From the NCBI GenBank assembly GCA_030390025.1, contig CM059432.1:136464001-136528000 (forward strand): DNA of 64,000 bases, written 5' to 3'. Under the pieces are notes generated by a model, which saw nothing but the letters and a program-made list of their open reading frames with translations, ran no database searches and was not told the DNA's origin. This document shows positions 60,588-64,000 of the stretch, piece after piece. Position numbers and translations under genes: made by a program. Source of the stretch: Squalus acanthias (taxonomy: Eukaryota). Every line of letters begins with the position of its first letter. Position 1 is the first letter of the stretch.

Positions 60588-60802
60588 ATGCGGAGATGCC
60601 GGTGTTGGACTGGGGTGGACAAAAGTGAGAAGTCGCACAACACCAGGTTATAGTCCAACAGCTTTATTTGAAATCACAAGCTTTCGGAGCGCTGCTCCTT
60701 CGTCAGGTGAAGTCAACTGACGAAGGTGCAGCGCTCCAAAAGCTTGTGATTTCAAATAAAGCTGTTGGACTATAACCTGGTGTTGTGCGACTTCTCACTT
60801 TT
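60588..60802. mobile_element. Penelope-like insertion (family B): inverted pLTR pair
   Basis: 86-bp arms (60621-60706 / 60717-60802) with 2 mismatches, each carrying a hammerhead motif. Flanked by TTATCCCTTTATG. Confidence 0.75.
60674..60710 (-). ncRNA. Minimal type I hammerhead ribozyme motif (family B)
   Basis: TCAC-CTGACGA-AGGAGC AGC GCTCC-GAAA-GC-TT-GTGA: stem I TCAC/GTGA, stem II GGAGC/GCTCC, palindromic AGCT helix III. Confidence 0.72.
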
Positions 60803-62513
60803 ATCCCTTTATGGGCTGAGGAAGTGAGAAAAATTCCCGTTAAAGGAGTTCCCACCCCTTCTGACATGGTTGGCTTTGTGAAGAGCGGGAAGAGGCTCTA
60901 AACCTTACAAGGCCAAACAGGATTCCCCAACTGCGGTTTGGGCCTGGCATATCCAGGTCCCGGCCTTTTAACGAGCCACTCTGCCAGACTCCTGCCACCA
61001 GGAGTCTGGTGGGAGAGTCAAGGAAGTTCGCCCTCTTATTTTTAAAGGATAACACTCCTCTCAGAAAACATTGATCCAAATATAATGCAGTATGACAGCT
61101 GGACATCCAATGAGTACTGCGTCCTAATGTTATCTTGTGTATTAGAAAATAATTATTTTAAAATGAGTTCAGAGTTTTCTTAAAAGTCCAATGGATATAG
61201 TTTGTGACAGTATTTCTACTATCGCTGTTCATATTTCAGAGTGAAGTCAAATGTCTGGTTCCAAAAGGAATGATCTCTAACCTCTGATGAGAAGAAGTTT
61301 TGAATTGAGTCCTATAAAAATCCAATCAGATGTGTTTTTAGGTTATTGAGCTGATGCATTCGTTTTCATGGAGAGAGACAGATGGACATACTGATAGCAG
61401 AGCAAAATAAATCTTCTGCTTCTGGAGGGTAGATTGATAAAGTCAATAGCAGCATACGATCCAAGTACTGACACCAGAGGCTTCCTTCCACATAATATTG
61501 TGCAGATTATAGCTGACAAGACTGGAGGTAGAGACCAGAGCTTGATTTCAACTCAAAGTTAACACAGTTTGCCTGTACAGTAAATTAAAAACAAAACATG
61601 TAAAGGCGACTCAAGCTAGATAACTACGTGAGGGAGGAAGGAATAAAATGCTGTGTTGATAGGGTGAAATGAGGTGGGTGTGGAGCATTAACGCCAGAAC
61701 GGCCTGTTTCTTTGCTGTAAGTTCGATATGATGGATATATTGGATGTTCATCAAAATGAACAATGTGACCACATCTTCCCCTGATCCACCACTGGTTCTA
61801 TGAATATTCTGGTATCCCATTCCAAGCAACATTCCCTTTTAAATAACTTTTTCCATGTCACTAAATTCTTGTCAATTTGAAGACAGTCCATACTCTAAAA
61901 TCACATCTCTGCATTATAGCATTCTATACACCAGTGGTGGAACCTCAATGCAGCAGAGTAAAGTCAACAACAAAGAAAGTAATCAAGTTTATCAAATAAT
62001 GGCAACTGGGAATTTTGTACCAAGCTCTATTCAGGGGGAGATTGTAACTTTACTCGCTTGGCAGAAACCTGCCGTGTGGTACACATTGAATTATTTTGGT
62101 AAAACCACCTCCTCTATTATAGTTTTACACTACCTTTACATTCAGCAGCTCACTGATAGCTTACAAACTCCACCTTGCACACTGACTGAATTGTCCAGTC
62201 TGGATCTACCTGGTTGCCGAGCTGCAACATTGATACAGCATTTACCCAGTTTGAAGGAAACGCCACTAATTTTTCATACTCGGACTGATATATCTTTACA
62301 TCAGCAACTGCAGTTTCAGCAAGTGATGGTTAACGCTGCACCTAAAGTCCAAATTTATTAAACAGCTTTGAAAGTATTGTAAAGGCAACCCAAAGAACCA
62401 CACTATGCATACAAAAAAACATGGTAAATTTACATTGTTAGCTCTCCTGGCGTAGAACTTTGTGCACTGGATATCCAAGCATGTACACTATTCACACACC
62501 CATGAGTTTCCAT

Positions 62514-63062
62514 CAACAACAACAACTTGCATTTCGCTAGCGCCTTTAACATAGTAAATTTTCCCAAGGCAGCGTCACAGCAGCGATTATCAAACAAAAC
62601 TGGACACAGAGCCACATAAAGAGATATTAGGACAGATGACCAAAAGCTTGGTCAAAGAGGTAGGTTTTAAGAAGTGTTTTAAAGGAGGAGAGAGAGAGGT
62701 AGAGAGGTGGAAAGATTTAGGGAGGGAATTCCTGAGCTGAGGGCCTCGGCAGCTGAAGGCACGGCCACCAATGGTGGAGCGAAGGAAATCGAGGATGCGC
62801 AAGAAGCCAGAATTGGAGGAGCGCAGAGATCTCGGAGGGTTGTAGGGTTGGAGGAGGTTACAGAGATAGTGAGGGGCGAGGCCGTGGAGGGATTTAAAAA
62901 CAAGAGTGAGAATTTTAAAATCGAGGCGTTGCCGGACCAGGTGCCAATAGAGGTCAATGGGCAAAGGGGTGATGGGTGAACAGGACTTGGTACGAATTAG
63001 GATACGGGCAGCAGAGATTTGGATGAGTTTACGGAGGGTGCAAGGTGGGAGGGTGGTCAGGC
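62514..63062 (-). mobile_element. L2 LINE 3' portion of ORF2 and tail
   Basis: IQISAARIL...PITPL..DLYW..VRQRLDFKILTLVFKSLHGLAPHYL...LRSS, then (CAA)n tail. Confidence 0.9.
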
Positions 63063-64000
63063 CATCTAGTAAAATGAATGGACGTAAAATTGGCCCTTGG
63101 AGCAGGTATGTGCCCAAATTCCGACATGCCCTCCTGTCAAAGGTAGTTATCCGCTTGGGGCACCAGAAAGCAAAAATATACCCACCTCGGTTTATGTAGT
63201 ACTATACATGAAAACATTGCAGGGATATTAGCTCTCTGATCTGAAGTGTCATCAAGGGTTATAGGTCATACAGACCACTTCTGTGTATTCTCATCATGTC
63301 ATCATGTTGTCGGTTTATTGATGTTAATTTTTTTTTAGCAAAGCCAGCCATTGAGACATTGTGTGTCAATCAGTCTGTCATGGTTTGTGTTGCTGGCTGT
63401 CAACAGGACTGATTGCCTAGTCAATAGAAACTCATTATTTTTCATCTAGTGCCTTTCATATTCAGGCCATGATTAAACCCGAGGCCATAGACTGGAAGCC
63501 AGGCAGTGCTGGTTAAAACTGTTATATTGGGGGAAACTTTCAGCAACAACAATCAATAAAGCAATGTTTTGGAGCATTGCAAGCTTTTAAAGAAAAGTAA
63601 CCTCAAAGCATTGATTGAGCACTGTGGGAAAAGGACCAGTGTTGTTTAAAAAGGGACAGGAAAGGCCTATTGGGCAAAGGCATCTTGTGTGCAATAGGTG
63701 TCTGGCTACAGGAACAGCTTCCTTCACGTTAATGCTACGTATGCAGGGAGCTGCCGTTACCCCTTTATCCTGAGGCAATCTAGAGTCTTTGCTCTATTTC
63801 AGAATCAAGGGCAAGCCACGGGATGGCTACTTGGTGGAAAGGGCTACCCGATGCTGCCATGACTCATGACTCCCCACTGTGTCAGATAACAGTGCACCAG
63901 AGGAGTGCTGCAATGAAGCTCGTATCCAAACTCATATTACAATTGAGTGAGCTATGGGTATGCGGAAATGAAGATGCAAGTGCCTGGGTTTGGCTCATTG

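Noticed and set aside
61855..62361. 168-aa ORF as a host gene
   Set aside because: No recognisable motif or splice context. Compatible with chance.

Overview
Repeat-dense, non-coding vertebrate DNA, almost certainly from a cartilaginous fish (shark). The evidence is Deu-domain tRNA SINEs of the SacSINE1 type with L2 tails, shark-type CR1 and L2 LINE fragments, and Penelope-like ends. I found no convincing host protein-coding exon, rRNA, genuine tRNA or CRISPR array. PIF/Harbinger DNA transposons dominate the window. One near-complete 4.1 kb element (21463-25553) has TIRs, a HARBI1-like DDE transposase and a convergent, intron-containing Myb/SANT-like gene. There are also three older Myb-bearing relics and several non-autonomous families, including two near-identical young 893/894-bp copies. 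The most striking structures are Penelope-derived 3' ends carrying minimal type I hammerhead ribozyme motifs. At about 60.0-60.8 kb, two different hammerhead-bearing Penelope families sit in tandem at one target site whose sequence occurs three times. Other elements include two solo LTRs, a mini-hAT, two Tigger/pogo-type MITEs, nested insertions, foldback structures and two repeat-poor islands that may hold enhancers. All calls were read by eye and no searches were run. Boundaries of decayed repeats are approximate.
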